A stretch of 64,000 nt of DNA, from the NCBI GenBank assembly GCA_030649735.1, contig JAUSFL010000023.1:44617-108616 (forward strand), in the 5' to 3' direction. Both the position numbers and the translations under genes were made by a program. The notes below the pieces were generated by a model. That model ran no database searches. It was given only the letters and a program-made list of their open reading frames with translations, and was not told the DNA's origin. The stretch comes from Candidatus Iainarchaeum sp. (GTDB lineage: Archaea; Iainarchaeota; Iainarchaeia; Iainarchaeales; UBA10191). Shown here piece after piece: positions 17,131 through 26,798 of the stretch. Each line of letters starts with the position of its first letter. The stretch's first letter is position 1.

Positions 17131-18525
17131 GTGGCTGAAAAAAAAACTAAAGTTCCAAAAAAAGCAAAAGTTCCGGAAACTCCAATCGCGGAGATTTCTG
17201 AAGCTTCGGCTTTGGCTGAAAAGCCAGTCAAAACAAAATCTTCTGCAAAAAAAGCGAGGGAAAAAGAAATTCCCGCAATTGCTGAAGCAAAAAAACCTGA
17301 AAAAAAGCAGGAGAAAATTTTTGCAGGCGAGCCAGAGCCTTTGCAGGCGGCCTTGAACATTGGAATGGTAGGCCATGTAGATCATGGAAAAACTTCTTTG
17401 ACAAAAGCGTTGACTGGCCGCTGGACTGACACGCACAGTGAAGAGCTCAAGAGGGGAATTTCAATTCGCCTAGGCTATGCTGACGCGACTTTCAGGAAAT
17501 GCCCGAACTGTAAGGGAAGCGAGGCATTCACTTCGCAAAAAACCTGCCCTTCCTGCGGCACAGCAGCAAAAGTCTTGCGGAAAATCAGCATTGTTGACGC
17601 TCCAGGCCATGAGACTTTAATGGCAACAATGCTTTCAGGCGCGGCTTTAATGCATGGCGCGATTTTGGTCATTGCTGCAAACGAGCCTTGCCCTCAGCCT
17701 CGCACTGCAGAGCATTTGATGGCCTTGATGCTTTCAGGGATCGAGCACATTGTCGTTGCCCAAAACAAGGTTGACCTAGTGCCTAGGGAGCAGGCAATGC
17801 AAAATTATCAGGCAATAAAGAAATTCCTGCAAGAGAACGGATTTGAAAAAGCGCCGATAATCCCGACTGCAGCAAATATTGGGGCAAACATTGACTTGCT
17901 TATTGAGGCAATCCAGGAAGCAATTCCGACTCCAGAGTTTGACACTTCAAAGCCTGCAAAAATGTATGTTGCAAGGAGCTTTGACATCAACAAGCCTGGA
18001 ATTATTCCAGAACAGCTTGTTGGCGGAGTTGTTGGGGGAAGCATTATTGAAGGCAAAATTAAAGTCGGTGATGAAATTGAAATTTCTCCAGGCATTGAGG
18101 GAAAAAAAGTGCTGACCAAGGTTTCAAGCCTTAGCACTTCAAACAACAAGCTTCAAGAGGCAATGCCTGGCGGATTGATTGCAATCGGAACTTTGATTGA
18201 TCCTTCAATTACTCGCAATGACCAATTGCGCGGCCAAGTTGTCGGAATGCCTGGAAAGCTTCCAGAGCCTGTTTCCCGCCTTAAGCTGGAATTGCATTTA
18301 ATCAAAAGGCTGATAACGCAGGAATTGCAGGAAATTAAAATGAACGAGCCTGTTGTCTTGACTGTAGGCACAATGACCACTGTCGGAACAGTTGTTTCAA
18401 GCACTAAAGAGAGAATTGATGTTTTATTGAAAGCGAAAGTGATTGCGGAAAAAGGCCAAAAAATCGCAATCAGCAAGAAAGATGCCGGAAGATGGAGGTT
18501 GGCTGCTTTTGGAATCTGCAATTAA
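17131..18525 (+). CDS. eif2g: Translation initiation factor aIF2 gamma subunit (with ~70-aa K/E/A/P-rich N-terminal extension)
   Basis: NIGMVGHVDHGKT, EELKRGISIRLGY, CxxC..CxxC, DAPGHETLMATML, QNKVD. Confidence 0.96.
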   Translation: MAEKKTKVPKKAKVPETPIAEISEASALAEKPVKTKSSAKKAREKEIPAIAEAKKPEKKQEKIFAGEPEPLQAALNIGMVGHVDHGKTSLTKALTGRWTDTHSEELKRGISIRLGYADATFRKCPNCKGSEAFTSQKTCPSCGTAAKVLRKISIVDAPGHETLMATMLSGAALMHGAILVIAANEPCPQPRTAEHLMALMLSGIEHIVVAQNKVDLVPREQAMQNYQAIKKFLQENGFEKAPIIPTAANIGANIDLLIEAIQEAIPTPEFDTSKPAKMYVARSFDINKPGIIPEQLVGGVVGGSIIEGKIKVGDEIEISPGIEGKKVLTKVSSLSTSNNKLQEAMPGGLIAIGTLIDPSITRNDQLRGQVVGMPGKLPEPVSRLKLELHLIKRLITQELQEIKMNEPVVLTVGTMTTVGTVVSSTKERIDVLLKAKVIAEKGQKIAISKKDAGRWRLAAFGICN

Positions 18526-18892
18526 AATCGCGTTTGACACCAACATGCTTTTGGGCATTGAGCAATTCAAGCTTCACTTGAAGGAAGAAATCGACAGGGT
18601 TTTGCCCAAGGCAGAATTGGCTGTCCCGGACCAGGTTATTGAAGAATTGGGAAAGCTCGCTTTCAAAAGCAAGGCATTGGAAAAGCAGGTTAAAATCGCG
18701 CTTGCGTTTTTGAAGGCTGAGAAAGTCAAAACATTGAAATGGCGTGAAATTAACGCCGACAAAGCCCTTTTAGGGCTTTCGAAGAATGGTTTTATAATAG
18801 CGACTAACGACAAGGAACTGAGGAAAAGCATAAAAAAGAATTCTGGCAAATGCTTAATACTCAGGAAAAAAAAGTACTTAATTTTGGAATAA
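18509..18892 (+). CDS. PIN-domain protein (Fcf1/Utp24-like)
   Basis: FDTNML, VIEEL, ADKALL, IATNDKELRK; conserved position after eif2g; TTG start inferred from SD GGAGGT. Confidence 0.85.
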   Translation: MESAIKIAFDTNMLLGIEQFKLHLKEEIDRVLPKAELAVPDQVIEELGKLAFKSKALEKQVKIALAFLKAEKVKTLKWREINADKALLGLSKNGFIIATNDKELRKSIKKNSGKCLILRKKKYLILE

Positions 18893-18929
18893 TGGTTTTG
18901 AAAAATTTTGAAAAAAAGAGGTTGAAAGA

Positions 18930-19562
18930 ATGTATCAAGTATGCACTGTTCACGACACTGTCAGGGTTCCGCCAAACAAGTTTGCGGGAGAAATCAACAA
19001 GTCAATCTTAAAGATTGTTCAAGAGCAGTATGAAGGGCTCGTGGACGAGGATTTGGGCGTTGTTGTTTCAGTAGTTAGCGCTTCAAAAACCAGCGAGGGA
19101 AAAGTCGTTCCAGGGGACGGCGCGGCATATTATGATGCAGACCTCGAGCTTTTGATGTACAAGCCAATAGTGCAGGAAGTAGTTGAAGGAAGCATTTCTG
19201 AAGTGACTGAATTTGGGGCTTTCATAAAAACAGGGCCTTTGGAAGGCTTGATTCACGTTTCGCAAATAATGGATGATTACATAAATCATGACGCAAAGCT
19301 TCCTGGCTTTGTCGGAAAAGAGTCCGGGAAAAAATTAACAAAGAACGAGAATGTGCTTGCAAGGATTGTGACTGTTTCATTGAGGGGAACTATTCCGGAA
19401 TCAAAAATCGGCCTGACAATGAGGCAATTCGGGCTTGGAAAGGAAGACTGGCTTAAGGTTGACGAGAAAAAGAAGGAAAAGAAAGAGACAGACAAGGTAA
19501 AAAAGGAAGACAAGTTTGCCAAGTCAAAAGGCGGAGACCGCGAGCAAAGGCCCAAAAAATAA
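18930..19562 (+). CDS. rpoE1: DNA-directed RNA polymerase subunit Rpo7 (E')
   Basis: DTVRVPP, PGDGAAY, EFGAFI..GPLEGLIHVSQIMDD, KIGLTMRQ.GLGK. Confidence 0.96.
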   Translation: MYQVCTVHDTVRVPPNKFAGEINKSILKIVQEQYEGLVDEDLGVVVSVVSASKTSEGKVVPGDGAAYYDADLELLMYKPIVQEVVEGSISEVTEFGAFIKTGPLEGLIHVSQIMDDYINHDAKLPGFVGKESGKKLTKNENVLARIVTVSLRGTIPESKIGLTMRQFGLGKEDWLKVDEKKKEKKETDKVKKEDKFAKSKGGDREQRPKK

Positions 19563-19584
19563 TTTTTTAAGGAAGTGAAAGCAG

Positions 19585-19782
19585 ATGGTAATGCAGGGAA
19601 AGGCTTGCAGGAATTGCAGGAAAGTCATTGAGGAAGGCAGCAAGTGCCCCAATTGCAAGGGCGAAAGCTTCACCACTTTCTGGCGCGGCTTTGTCGTATT
19701 GCTAAAGCCAGAGCACAGTGAAATCGCAAAGAAAATGGCAATTGAACTGCCTGGAAAGTACGCTTTAAGGTTAAGCAGGTGA
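19585..19782 (+). CDS. spt4: Transcription elongation factor Spt4 (RpoE'')
   Basis: KACRNC...CPNC...W.G.V....PE.SEIAK.M.I..PGKYAL. Confidence 0.95.
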   Translation: MVMQGKACRNCRKVIEEGSKCPNCKGESFTTFWRGFVVLLKPEHSEIAKKMAIELPGKYALRLSR

Positions 19783-19786
19783 TTTA

Positions 19787-20095
19787 GTGAAGGTAGAAAT
19801 TGAAAAAAAAGTCAAGAATCCATTGTTGCACAGGACTGACATTAGCTTCAAGGTCGAGAATGCGGAAAAAACCCCGAACAGGAAAGACCTGCGTGAAAAG
19901 CTTGCCGCGCTTACGGCAGCAAAGCCAGAGCTTTTGATTCTGGGAAAAATCTCGCAAGATTACGGCTCAATGCAAATTTCAGGAAACGCAATGCTTTACG
20001 ACAATGAGGAAAGCCTTGAAAAGATAGAGCTTTTGAAGTTCAAGAGGAAAAACTTTCCTGAAAAGTACGCTAAAAAAGAAGAGGAAAAAAAGTAA
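19787..20095 (+). CDS. rps24e: 30S ribosomal protein S24e
   Basis: NPLLHR, TPNR..LREKLAA, YG...G.A.LY; operon position. Confidence 0.9.
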   Translation: MKVEIEKKVKNPLLHRTDISFKVENAEKTPNRKDLREKLAALTAAKPELLILGKISQDYGSMQISGNAMLYDNEESLEKIELLKFKRKNFPEKYAKKEEEKK

Positions 20096-20108
20096 TTTGG
20101 TGAATTGA

Positions 20109-20426
20109 ATGATTGAAACCACGACAGATTTTGTTCCAGGAATGAAGATTGCAAGAATTCTTGGAGTAGTCCGCGGGAACACGATAAGGTCAAGGGGTGT
20201 TGGCGGCCACTTTATTGCAGGCCTTCAAGGGGCTTTCGGCGGCGAAATAACGGCTTATGTTGTTGCCTTGAATGAGGCAAGGACTGAAGCATACAATAGA
20301 ATGCTTGAAGATGCAGGCAAGCTTGGCGCCGATGCAGTAATTAACATTCGTTTTGTAACCAGTGAAGTAATGCCCGGGGCAGCGGAGCTTTTGGCTTATG
20401 GAACTGCGGTAAAACTAAGCAAGTAA
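20109..20426 (+). CDS. YbjQ/UPF0145 family protein
   Basis: TTDFVPG, LGVVRG, GGEI..Y, AR..A..RM...A..LGADAVINIRF, ELLAYGTAV. Confidence 0.92.
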   Translation: MIETTTDFVPGMKIARILGVVRGNTIRSRGVGGHFIAGLQGAFGGEITAYVVALNEARTEAYNRMLEDAGKLGADAVINIRFVTSEVMPGAAELLAYGTAVKLSK

Positions 20427-20443
20427 AAAGGTGAAAATGAATT

Positions 20444-20659
20444 ATGGTTGAAAAAAAGACTGACGCAAAGGCCGCGGCCAAAGGCCCTGTGAAAGGCAAG
20501 AAAAAAAAGCTCAAGAATGCATTGTACGAGATTAAGGGCGACAGTGTTTCGCGAAAAAACAAGTTCTGCCCGAAATGCGGCGCCGGAGTTTTCTTGGCAA
20601 ACCACAAGGACAGGGTTTCTTGCGGAAAATGCGGCTATGCTGAATGGAAGCAAAAGTAA
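20444..20659 (+). CDS. rps27ae: 30S ribosomal protein S27ae
   Basis: YEI.G....RKNKFCPKCG.GVFLA.H.DR..CGKCGY. Confidence 0.96.
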   Translation: MVEKKTDAKAAAKGPVKGKKKKLKNALYEIKGDSVSRKNKFCPKCGAGVFLANHKDRVSCGKCGYAEWKQK

Positions 20660-20737
20660 AAAGCCCGCGCTAGCAAAAGCCGTGCTTTCGCTTTTTTGCA
20701 CAATGAGATTTTAAACATTTCAAGACCAAAAATCATT

Positions 20738-21334
20738 ATGATATTCAATTTTTTGCTTGAGGCAGTCCTGCTTTTGGTTCCTTTGGTTTACTTCAAAAGG
20801 AATGGATTGAATGCTGTCAAAGAGCTTGGGTTGGAGGGAAAGAAAGCCTCAAGCGCTTGGAAATACTCTTTGATAATCCTTGGCGCAATGGCTTTGGTTT
20901 CTTTTGCGCTTGCGCTGGTTTTCAATTTTTTTGGCGCGAACGACATTTCCAAAGTCGCTGATGTTTTGCAGGCCGCAAAATCAGCATCGCTGTTTTTCGT
21001 TTTCACAATCACCGTGGGCGTTGTTTTGGAGGAGTTTTTCTTCCGCGGCTTTTTGATAAAATTCATTGACAGGCAATTGTGGGGCGAAAAAAAATCGCAA
21101 AGCAGGCGCGCAAAAGCCAGGGGATTTTTGCAGGAGTATTCTGGAGTGATTCTTTCTTCGCTGTTTTTTGGAGTTTTGCATTTTGGCTATGGGAGCGTTT
21201 CAGAAATAATTGGGGCAGTGAGCTTGGGGCTTGTTTTGGCCTTGTTTTTCAAGAAATACCAGAACCTTTACGCAAACACTTACGCCCACTTGCTGTGGAA
21301 TGCAATAGTCATTTTTGGGGCCGGAATCGCGTGA
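20738..21334 (+). CDS. CPBP (CAAX/Abi) family intramembrane metalloprotease
   Basis: EEFFFRG, FGVLH, AHLLWN motifs; multiple TM segments. Confidence 0.88.
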   Translation: MIFNFLLEAVLLLVPLVYFKRNGLNAVKELGLEGKKASSAWKYSLIILGAMALVSFALALVFNFFGANDISKVADVLQAAKSASLFFVFTITVGVVLEEFFFRGFLIKFIDRQLWGEKKSQSRRAKARGFLQEYSGVILSSLFFGVLHFGYGSVSEIIGAVSLGLVLALFFKKYQNLYANTYAHLLWNAIVIFGAGIA

Positions 21335-21338
21335 TTTT

Positions 21339-22367
21339 ATGATTTGTTTGGCTTTGGAATGCACAGCGCACACTTTAGGGTTTGCAGTTGTTGAAAGAAC
21401 TGCTGCCGGAGAGTGCAAGATTCTTTCCAATGAAAAAGACACTTTCAAGACTGAAAGCGGCGGAATGGTTCCGTTAGAGCTTCGCGCTCATCACGAGCGA
21501 GTTTGGGAAAGCGTTTTACAAAAGGCGCTTGAAAATTCAGGCAAAGCATGGGATGGCATTGACTTGATTGCGTTTTCTTCAGGGCCTGGCATGGCGCCCG
21601 CGTTGATTGCCGGCATGCAGGTTGCAAAAAAGCTTGCGTTGGAAAACAAGAAGCCATTGTTAGGAGTCAATCATTGCGTCGCGCACATTGAGATTGGAAA
21701 GGCATTGGCTGGAAGCAAAGACCCTGTTGTAGTTTACGCTTCCGGGGCCAACACTCAAATCATTGGCTTTGAAACAGGATATTACAGGGTTTTTGGCGAA
21801 ACTTTGGACATTGGAATCGGGAATCTTTTGGACTCTTTCGGGCGCTCTTTAGGATTGGGATTTCCGGCAGGCCCGGCGTTAGACAAGTGGTATTTTGAAG
21901 GCAGGCAATTCATTGAATTGCCTTACACTGTGAAGGGAATGGACTTGGTTTTTTCCGGCCTTGAAACTTTTGCCGAAAAATACTGGGAAAAGAATTCTTT
22001 CGGGAAGACTTTGGAAGAGCAAGGGCAGTTGAAAAAAGACCTTGCTTTTTCCTTGCTGCATAACGCGTTTGCTGAATTGACTGAGGTTACAGAACGAGCT
22101 TTGGCGCATACTGAAAAAAGCGAGGTTTTGGTTGTTGGGGGAGTTGGGGCTTCGCGCGCTTTAAAGGAAATGCTTGAGAAAATGTGCAAGGCGCGCGGCG
22201 CGCAATTGTTCATCACTCCGCTTTCAGTTGTCGTGGACAATGCCGCAATGATTGCGTGGCTTGCTCTTTTGGAGCAGAATGCCGGAAGAGCGCAAAAGCT
22301 TTCAGAAATTGACATTAACCCAAAATGGCGGACAGACCAGGCAGAGGCAATCTGGATTAAAAACTAA
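21339..22367 (+). CDS. kae1: KEOPS t6A threonylcarbamoyltransferase Kae1
   Basis: ECTAHT, GVNHCVAHIE, SGANTQ, FGETLDIGIGN, LPYTVKGMD, DNAAMIA, WRTD. Confidence 0.96.
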   Translation: MICLALECTAHTLGFAVVERTAAGECKILSNEKDTFKTESGGMVPLELRAHHERVWESVLQKALENSGKAWDGIDLIAFSSGPGMAPALIAGMQVAKKLALENKKPLLGVNHCVAHIEIGKALAGSKDPVVVYASGANTQIIGFETGYYRVFGETLDIGIGNLLDSFGRSLGLGFPAGPALDKWYFEGRQFIELPYTVKGMDLVFSGLETFAEKYWEKNSFGKTLEEQGQLKKDLAFSLLHNAFAELTEVTERALAHTEKSEVLVVGGVGASRALKEMLEKMCKARGAQLFITPLSVVVDNAAMIAWLALLEQNAGRAQKLSEIDINPKWRTDQAEAIWIKN

Positions 22368-22384
22368 AAGCCCATTAATAAAAT

Positions 22385-23032
22385 ATGCAAGAACGCTTTT
22401 TTGATTTTTTGTTCTATTCAACAACGGTAATTTTTCTTGTAATCGCTTATCTTACGGGAAATTTTGCAATAATGCGGGGAATTATTGCTTTTGAATCCCT
22501 TGCCCTTCTAATAAATATAGTGCTTTTCTATGCCGCTTCCCAACTCATTGTTTCAAAAAAGCATTCTGCAAAGCTAATACTTGCATTGTATGTTGCTTTC
22601 GTGGCTTTTTTTCCATTCGCTATTGGAAAATTAAATTCAGGCATTCTGACAATTTACTCTCTTTCATATTTTTATATTTCAATATTTTCGCGCTTTTTTC
22701 TATTCTTTCACTTTGCAAAAGAAAAAGCAAAAATGGATGGGATTTTAGAGAATGACCAAAAGCAAATTTCAGCGGAGTTTTCAGAAAATGTGGGACATAC
22801 AATTCAAAAGTTCTGTCTTTTTTTTGCATCTGGAATGATTTCCGGGCTCGTCATACTACCATTAGGCTTTGGATTAACTGCTGGCGGTTTATACACCCAG
22901 CTGACTATTGCTTTTACTGCCTTGATTTATTTTATAATAATTGCATTATTTTCGCTTTATTCATCCCTAAACTTGAAAATGCATCGAAATCTTTTAAGGC
23001 TTTTAACAAAACGCCACACAAAAAGAAAGTAA
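22385..23032 (+). CDS. Hypothetical integral membrane protein (AT-rich)
   Basis: 215-aa ORF with about 6 hydrophobic segments. Confidence 0.6.
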   Translation: MQERFFDFLFYSTTVIFLVIAYLTGNFAIMRGIIAFESLALLINIVLFYAASQLIVSKKHSAKLILALYVAFVAFFPFAIGKLNSGILTIYSLSYFYISIFSRFFLFFHFAKEKAKMDGILENDQKQISAEFSENVGHTIQKFCLFFASGMISGLVILPLGFGLTAGGLYTQLTIAFTALIYFIIIALFSLYSSLNLKMHRNLLRLLTKRHTKRK

Positions 23033-23093
23033 ATAGATAAATGTCGCATGGTACTAATTCCAGAAAGGAAAAGAGACGGAGTTGGCCTAAAGT

Positions 23094-23813
23094 TTAGAAT
23101 TTCAAAAGCATTGTTGCAATTGCAATTGCCACAAATCCCGCAAGGGTTGCCAAGAGTGCCGGAAAGTCCTTTTGCTGCTTGTGCGCTTCAGGCAATAGGT
23201 CGCTTGCGCCCAAGTAAAGGAACCATCCTGCAACGAATGCTATCAGGAAACCAAGCTGGCTTTCGTCAATTGGAAGCGCCAATGCGGTTCCAGCGCCTGC
23301 AAACACTGCAATCGCCAATGCAATGAACCATTTCCAAAACTGGTTTTTCTTTCTCAAAAGCATTACTGTAACTGAATTGACCCCGTCTGGAATGCTGTGC
23401 ACTACGATTGCCAATGCAACGATTATTCCGACCTGGGGGCTTGTCTTGAATGAAAGAATTATGACTGCGCCATCCAAGAACCTGTGCAATACAAGCCCAA
23501 GAATTGCCGAAGCGCTTGAAGGCTTTGCGTGCCTTTCAGAATCGCAGTGCTTTTCAGTGCACGGGTGGACCAGAATGAATCGTTCAAGCAAAAAATAGAG
23601 CAAGAATCCGAACGCGAGAAAAAAGCTTGTCAGGCGCGCTTCTGAAAGGCCGAATGCTTCAGGCAGCAAGTCAAAGAATGCAATTCCAATCAGCAGTCCA
23701 GAGCTTAATGCAACAAGCAATTTAAGGTTTTTCTCGAATTTTGTTGCAAGAAAGCCCCCGAAAAATGTTGCCGCGATTGCGGCAATCAAGAATGCAATTG
23801 CCTGAATGTCCAA
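23094..23813 (-). CDS. ZIP-family metal transporter
   Basis: FFDLLPEA, His-rich loop, LHRFLDG, HSIPDG, LYLGASDLLPEAH. Confidence 0.9.
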   Translation of the reverse strand: MDIQAIAFLIAAIAATFFGGFLATKFEKNLKLLVALSSGLLIGIAFFDLLPEAFGLSEARLTSFFLAFGFLLYFLLERFILVHPCTEKHCDSERHAKPSSASAILGLVLHRFLDGAVIILSFKTSPQVGIIVALAIVVHSIPDGVNSVTVMLLRKKNQFWKWFIALAIAVFAGAGTALALPIDESQLGFLIAFVAGWFLYLGASDLLPEAHKQQKDFPALLATLAGFVAIAIATMLLKF

Positions 23814-23822
23814 AATACCACT

Positions 23823-24158
23823 TTATTTTTTTGCGACTGCTTTCAATACTTCTTGCTTCAGGCTTTTGCAGCTTTCCTGCAGTGCTGAAATGAAATTCCA
23901 TTCAGTTGCTGTTGAGACAATTTTTTTCTTTGGCGCGATTATCCTGCAGTGGACTTCGTACTGCTTGCGCGCGCCTTTCTTGTTTTTTTGCCCGAATTCC
24001 TTGGCTTGAATTGTCATTTCGAATTCTGGAAGCACGTTGGAGATTTTTTCAAAATTTTCCTTTACCGTGCTTAATGCAGTCAGTTCGTCAATTTCATCCA
24101 ATTCCGGAAAACCCAGCAGTTTTATGCCGTTTTCTTGAGAGAATTTTTTCAAAGCCAT
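23823..24158 (-). CDS. Putative HPF/RaiA-like ribosome hibernation factor (archaeal type)
   Basis: Helix then beta-strands, KQYEVHCRI...STATEWNFISALQE...LKQEV pattern. Confidence 0.5.
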   Translation of the reverse strand: MALKKFSQENGIKLLGFPELDEIDELTALSTVKENFEKISNVLPEFEMTIQAKEFGQKNKKGARKQYEVHCRIIAPKKKIVSTATEWNFISALQESCKSLKQEVLKAVAKK

Positions 24159-24224
24159 CCTAAACCTACCTCTTGTTTCATTTTCATTATAGAGTCTTAA
24201 CGCAGAGAATTATTATAAATTGTG

Positions 24225-24494
24225 TTATTTTGCCTTGAACGCAAAATGAATGTATGCAAAGAGCACAATCAGCACTGCCAGGAAGAAATAGCTTAATGGC
24301 GCCGGAATGAAGTTTATTGCAGGGTCCACCCAAACGTAAATTCCTGCTGCTATCAGGAACACTATCAATATTTGGCTAAAGTACTTGAAGACCGCGCGCG
24401 GGTTTTTTATTTTCAGCGCTTTTTCAATTGCCTTGTTTCTTATGCGAAGGCCTATTTCCAGATTTTTTGCCCTGATTTTTTTCATGGCGCCCAT
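24225..24494 (-). CDS. Small membrane protein (2 TM)
   Basis: Basic N-terminus followed by two hydrophobic helices; directly downstream of the Cys-rich gene. Confidence 0.6.
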   Translation of the reverse strand: MGAMKKIRAKNLEIGLRIRNKAIEKALKIKNPRAVFKYFSQILIVFLIAAGIYVWVDPAINFIPAPLSYFFLAVLIVLFAYIHFAFKAK

Positions 24495-24498
24495 TAAT

Positions 24499-26664
24499 TC
24501 ACCCGTTTAGCGTCCAGCCAGTGGCTGAATTGCAAGTGTAGCTTTCGACAATTTGCGCGTTTGCAGCAAGCACGCACGTTGGGGCAGTGCATGCGGTGCT
24601 TCCGCAGGAATAAATGCTTTTTGCAGAGCACAGTATTTTTGCCTTGTCCGGGCTGTTGTCTGCTGAAAGCGGATAATTGTTTGTGACCATGTTTCCCAAG
24701 TAGCAGCAGTCAGTGCCTTGGTAATTGTTTTTTATCTGGCTTGGATTGCATGCCTCGTTTAAAGTTATTTCCTGGCTGATTGGGATGCCAAGCATTAGTT
24801 TTAGCTGCATTTCTTGAGGGGCAAATTGTCCTGAATTGTCTGAGATAAGCAAAGTGTAGTTTCCTTCAATTACTGGGTCAAATACCGCGATTCCTGTTTC
24901 GCTAGTAAAGAATGAACTGTAATAATCCGCGGGGTTTTTGAAAAGCACTGCGCTGATGTTTGGCAGCAGGTTTCCGTCAAATGATTTTATGGTGATTGTT
25001 ACTGTCGAGTTTCCAGTGGCCGAGCAGCTTGCGCTGTTGAAAAGGCAGTCGCATTTGTTTTTGAAGCTGCTGCCGTTGATTTTGGAGCAGGCCTCTTGCT
25101 TGCTTGTTTTTTTTGCGAAAGTGTAATAGCAGTCGTCAGGCTTGTCGAATGCACCAAGCTGGTAGACTGCGCCCACTGGAAGAGTTGCGCAGAGTGAATC
25201 GTTTGACCTTGCAGCCGCGACATTTCCAAAGCATTTTGGCTTGTTTGACGCAAAATAAAGGATGTCGCAGATTTTTTCGTCAGTTTTCAGGCCCGCAATT
25301 TCTGAAACGCAGCTGTCGTTTCCCGGACCGTATGTTTCAAGCTTTTCAGTGCTGTTTTTTGCCTCGAGCAGGATTTCACTGCAGTATTTTTCGTCAATTT
25401 GGGCTATTGCTGTTTGCGAATGGCAGTTTATTTTCTTTATCTTGTCATTAATGAACTTGCAGTAATCCGTGGTTTTTGTGTTTTTTGAAGCGTTCAGGAT
25501 GCAGTCGTCCTTCAATTCTTGCGTGATTATTTTCGTGCACGTGTTTGCGTCATTGATGGCAGTGTCATTGTAGCACTTGTCTGAAAGGTTTTGGTCGCTT
25601 GAAATGCTGTCGCAGATTGAAGCCGTGGTTTTTATCACTGCAAGGTTGTAATAGCAGTTGTTTTTTTCAGCGGGCTGGCTTATTTTTGGGCATTCGCTTT
25701 CATTTTCAAGCAAGTTTGCAATTTGGTTGATGCATGCGTCCCTTGGCTGCTGGCTTGAGATTGAATAGCAAAGGTCGGTGTTTTTTTCTTTCACCGCGAA
25801 AGAATTGAAGCATTCGTCTCTTTTCACGCTGCTGGCTATTTTGCCGCAGTTTTCGGAAGTTTCCTGCGCTAATGCGATTTCATTGATGCAGTCGTTCTTT
25901 GACTGCGCGTTTTCTATCTGCTGGCAGCTGTCAATTTTTTTCAATGCCCTTGCGATTTGGTAGTGGCAGGAGTCTTTTTTTTCGCTGTTTGTTATTGAAC
26001 GGCAGTATTCTTCGTTTTGGCTGCTTGATGCCGCGTTCAATATGCAGTCGTCTTTTTCTGCAGTGCCTTTCAGCACATTGCAGGTTTCGGGGCTTTTTGC
26101 CTGCTTGGTTGTTTCTGCAATGCAGCTTTGCCTTGCTGTTTCATTGGTTATTTCTTCGCAGGCCTGCAAATTTCCTGTCTGTTGCGCTACTATTGAAATG
26201 CAGTTTTCTTTAATGTCAATGCTTGAAACAAGCTTGCATGTTTCAATGTCTTTTGCCGCTGTTGCCGCCTGGTTTAGGCAATTGTCCCTGTTTTCGGCAT
26301 TTTCCATTTTCAGGCAGGCTTCCTTGCTTTGCGGGTTTGCAGTGAAAATGATGTTGCAGCTGTCTTTCACTGTTTGGGAGCTTATTTTGCCGCAATAGTT
26401 TTGGTCATTTTTTGCAGTTGCCAGTGCTTGAAAGCATGAGTCTTTTTTGCCTGCTGTTGCTATTTCACTGCAGCTTTCAATTCCAGTGCTTGCAAGGCTT
26501 AAAAGGCAATTTTCCTTGGTTAGCTGTGCTGGGAGGGATTTGCATTCTAAAATCAGTTCTGCAGGCGTTTTTACGGGCGGTTTTTTCTTGGTGCATCCTG
26601 AAATCGCTATTCCGACAATTAGCAAGGCAAAAATTGCCAGCGTCAGCTTTTTGTTCAACTGCAT
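24499..26664 (-). CDS. Cys-rich repeat surface lipoprotein with C-terminal beta-sandwich (Cna-B/carboxypeptidase-regulatory-like) domain
   Basis: Signal peptide with ISGC lipobox; about 20 repeats of C..I.....(K/R)D.C...(I/L)A; then VTITIK..DGN.LPN...T.ETG.A.F....GNYTL. Confidence 0.8.
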   Translation of the reverse strand: MQLNKKLTLAIFALLIVGIAISGCTKKKPPVKTPAELILECKSLPAQLTKENCLLSLASTGIESCSEIATAGKKDSCFQALATAKNDQNYCGKISSQTVKDSCNIIFTANPQSKEACLKMENAENRDNCLNQAATAAKDIETCKLVSSIDIKENCISIVAQQTGNLQACEEITNETARQSCIAETTKQAKSPETCNVLKGTAEKDDCILNAASSSQNEEYCRSITNSEKKDSCHYQIARALKKIDSCQQIENAQSKNDCINEIALAQETSENCGKIASSVKRDECFNSFAVKEKNTDLCYSISSQQPRDACINQIANLLENESECPKISQPAEKNNCYYNLAVIKTTASICDSISSDQNLSDKCYNDTAINDANTCTKIITQELKDDCILNASKNTKTTDYCKFINDKIKKINCHSQTAIAQIDEKYCSEILLEAKNSTEKLETYGPGNDSCVSEIAGLKTDEKICDILYFASNKPKCFGNVAAARSNDSLCATLPVGAVYQLGAFDKPDDCYYTFAKKTSKQEACSKINGSSFKNKCDCLFNSASCSATGNSTVTITIKSFDGNLLPNISAVLFKNPADYYSSFFTSETGIAVFDPVIEGNYTLLISDNSGQFAPQEMQLKLMLGIPISQEITLNEACNPSQIKNNYQGTDCCYLGNMVTNNYPLSADNSPDKAKILCSAKSIYSCGSTACTAPTCVLAANAQIVESYTCNSATGWTLNG

Positions 26665-26798
26665 TAGTTTATTACATTCCATGCCTTTAAAAAATTTGCC
26701 TCAAAAAGCCGGCTTTGGTTAGGTTTTTACCTTACCAAAAAGAAAACAATATTTAAATAGCAAGAGAATATTGTTAGTTGTGTGGGGGTTTTTCTAAA

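Noticed and set aside
24900-26560. CRISPR array or DNA tandem repeat
   Set aside because: The periodicity is protein-level Cys repeats with degenerate DNA; there are no identical repeats with unique spacers.
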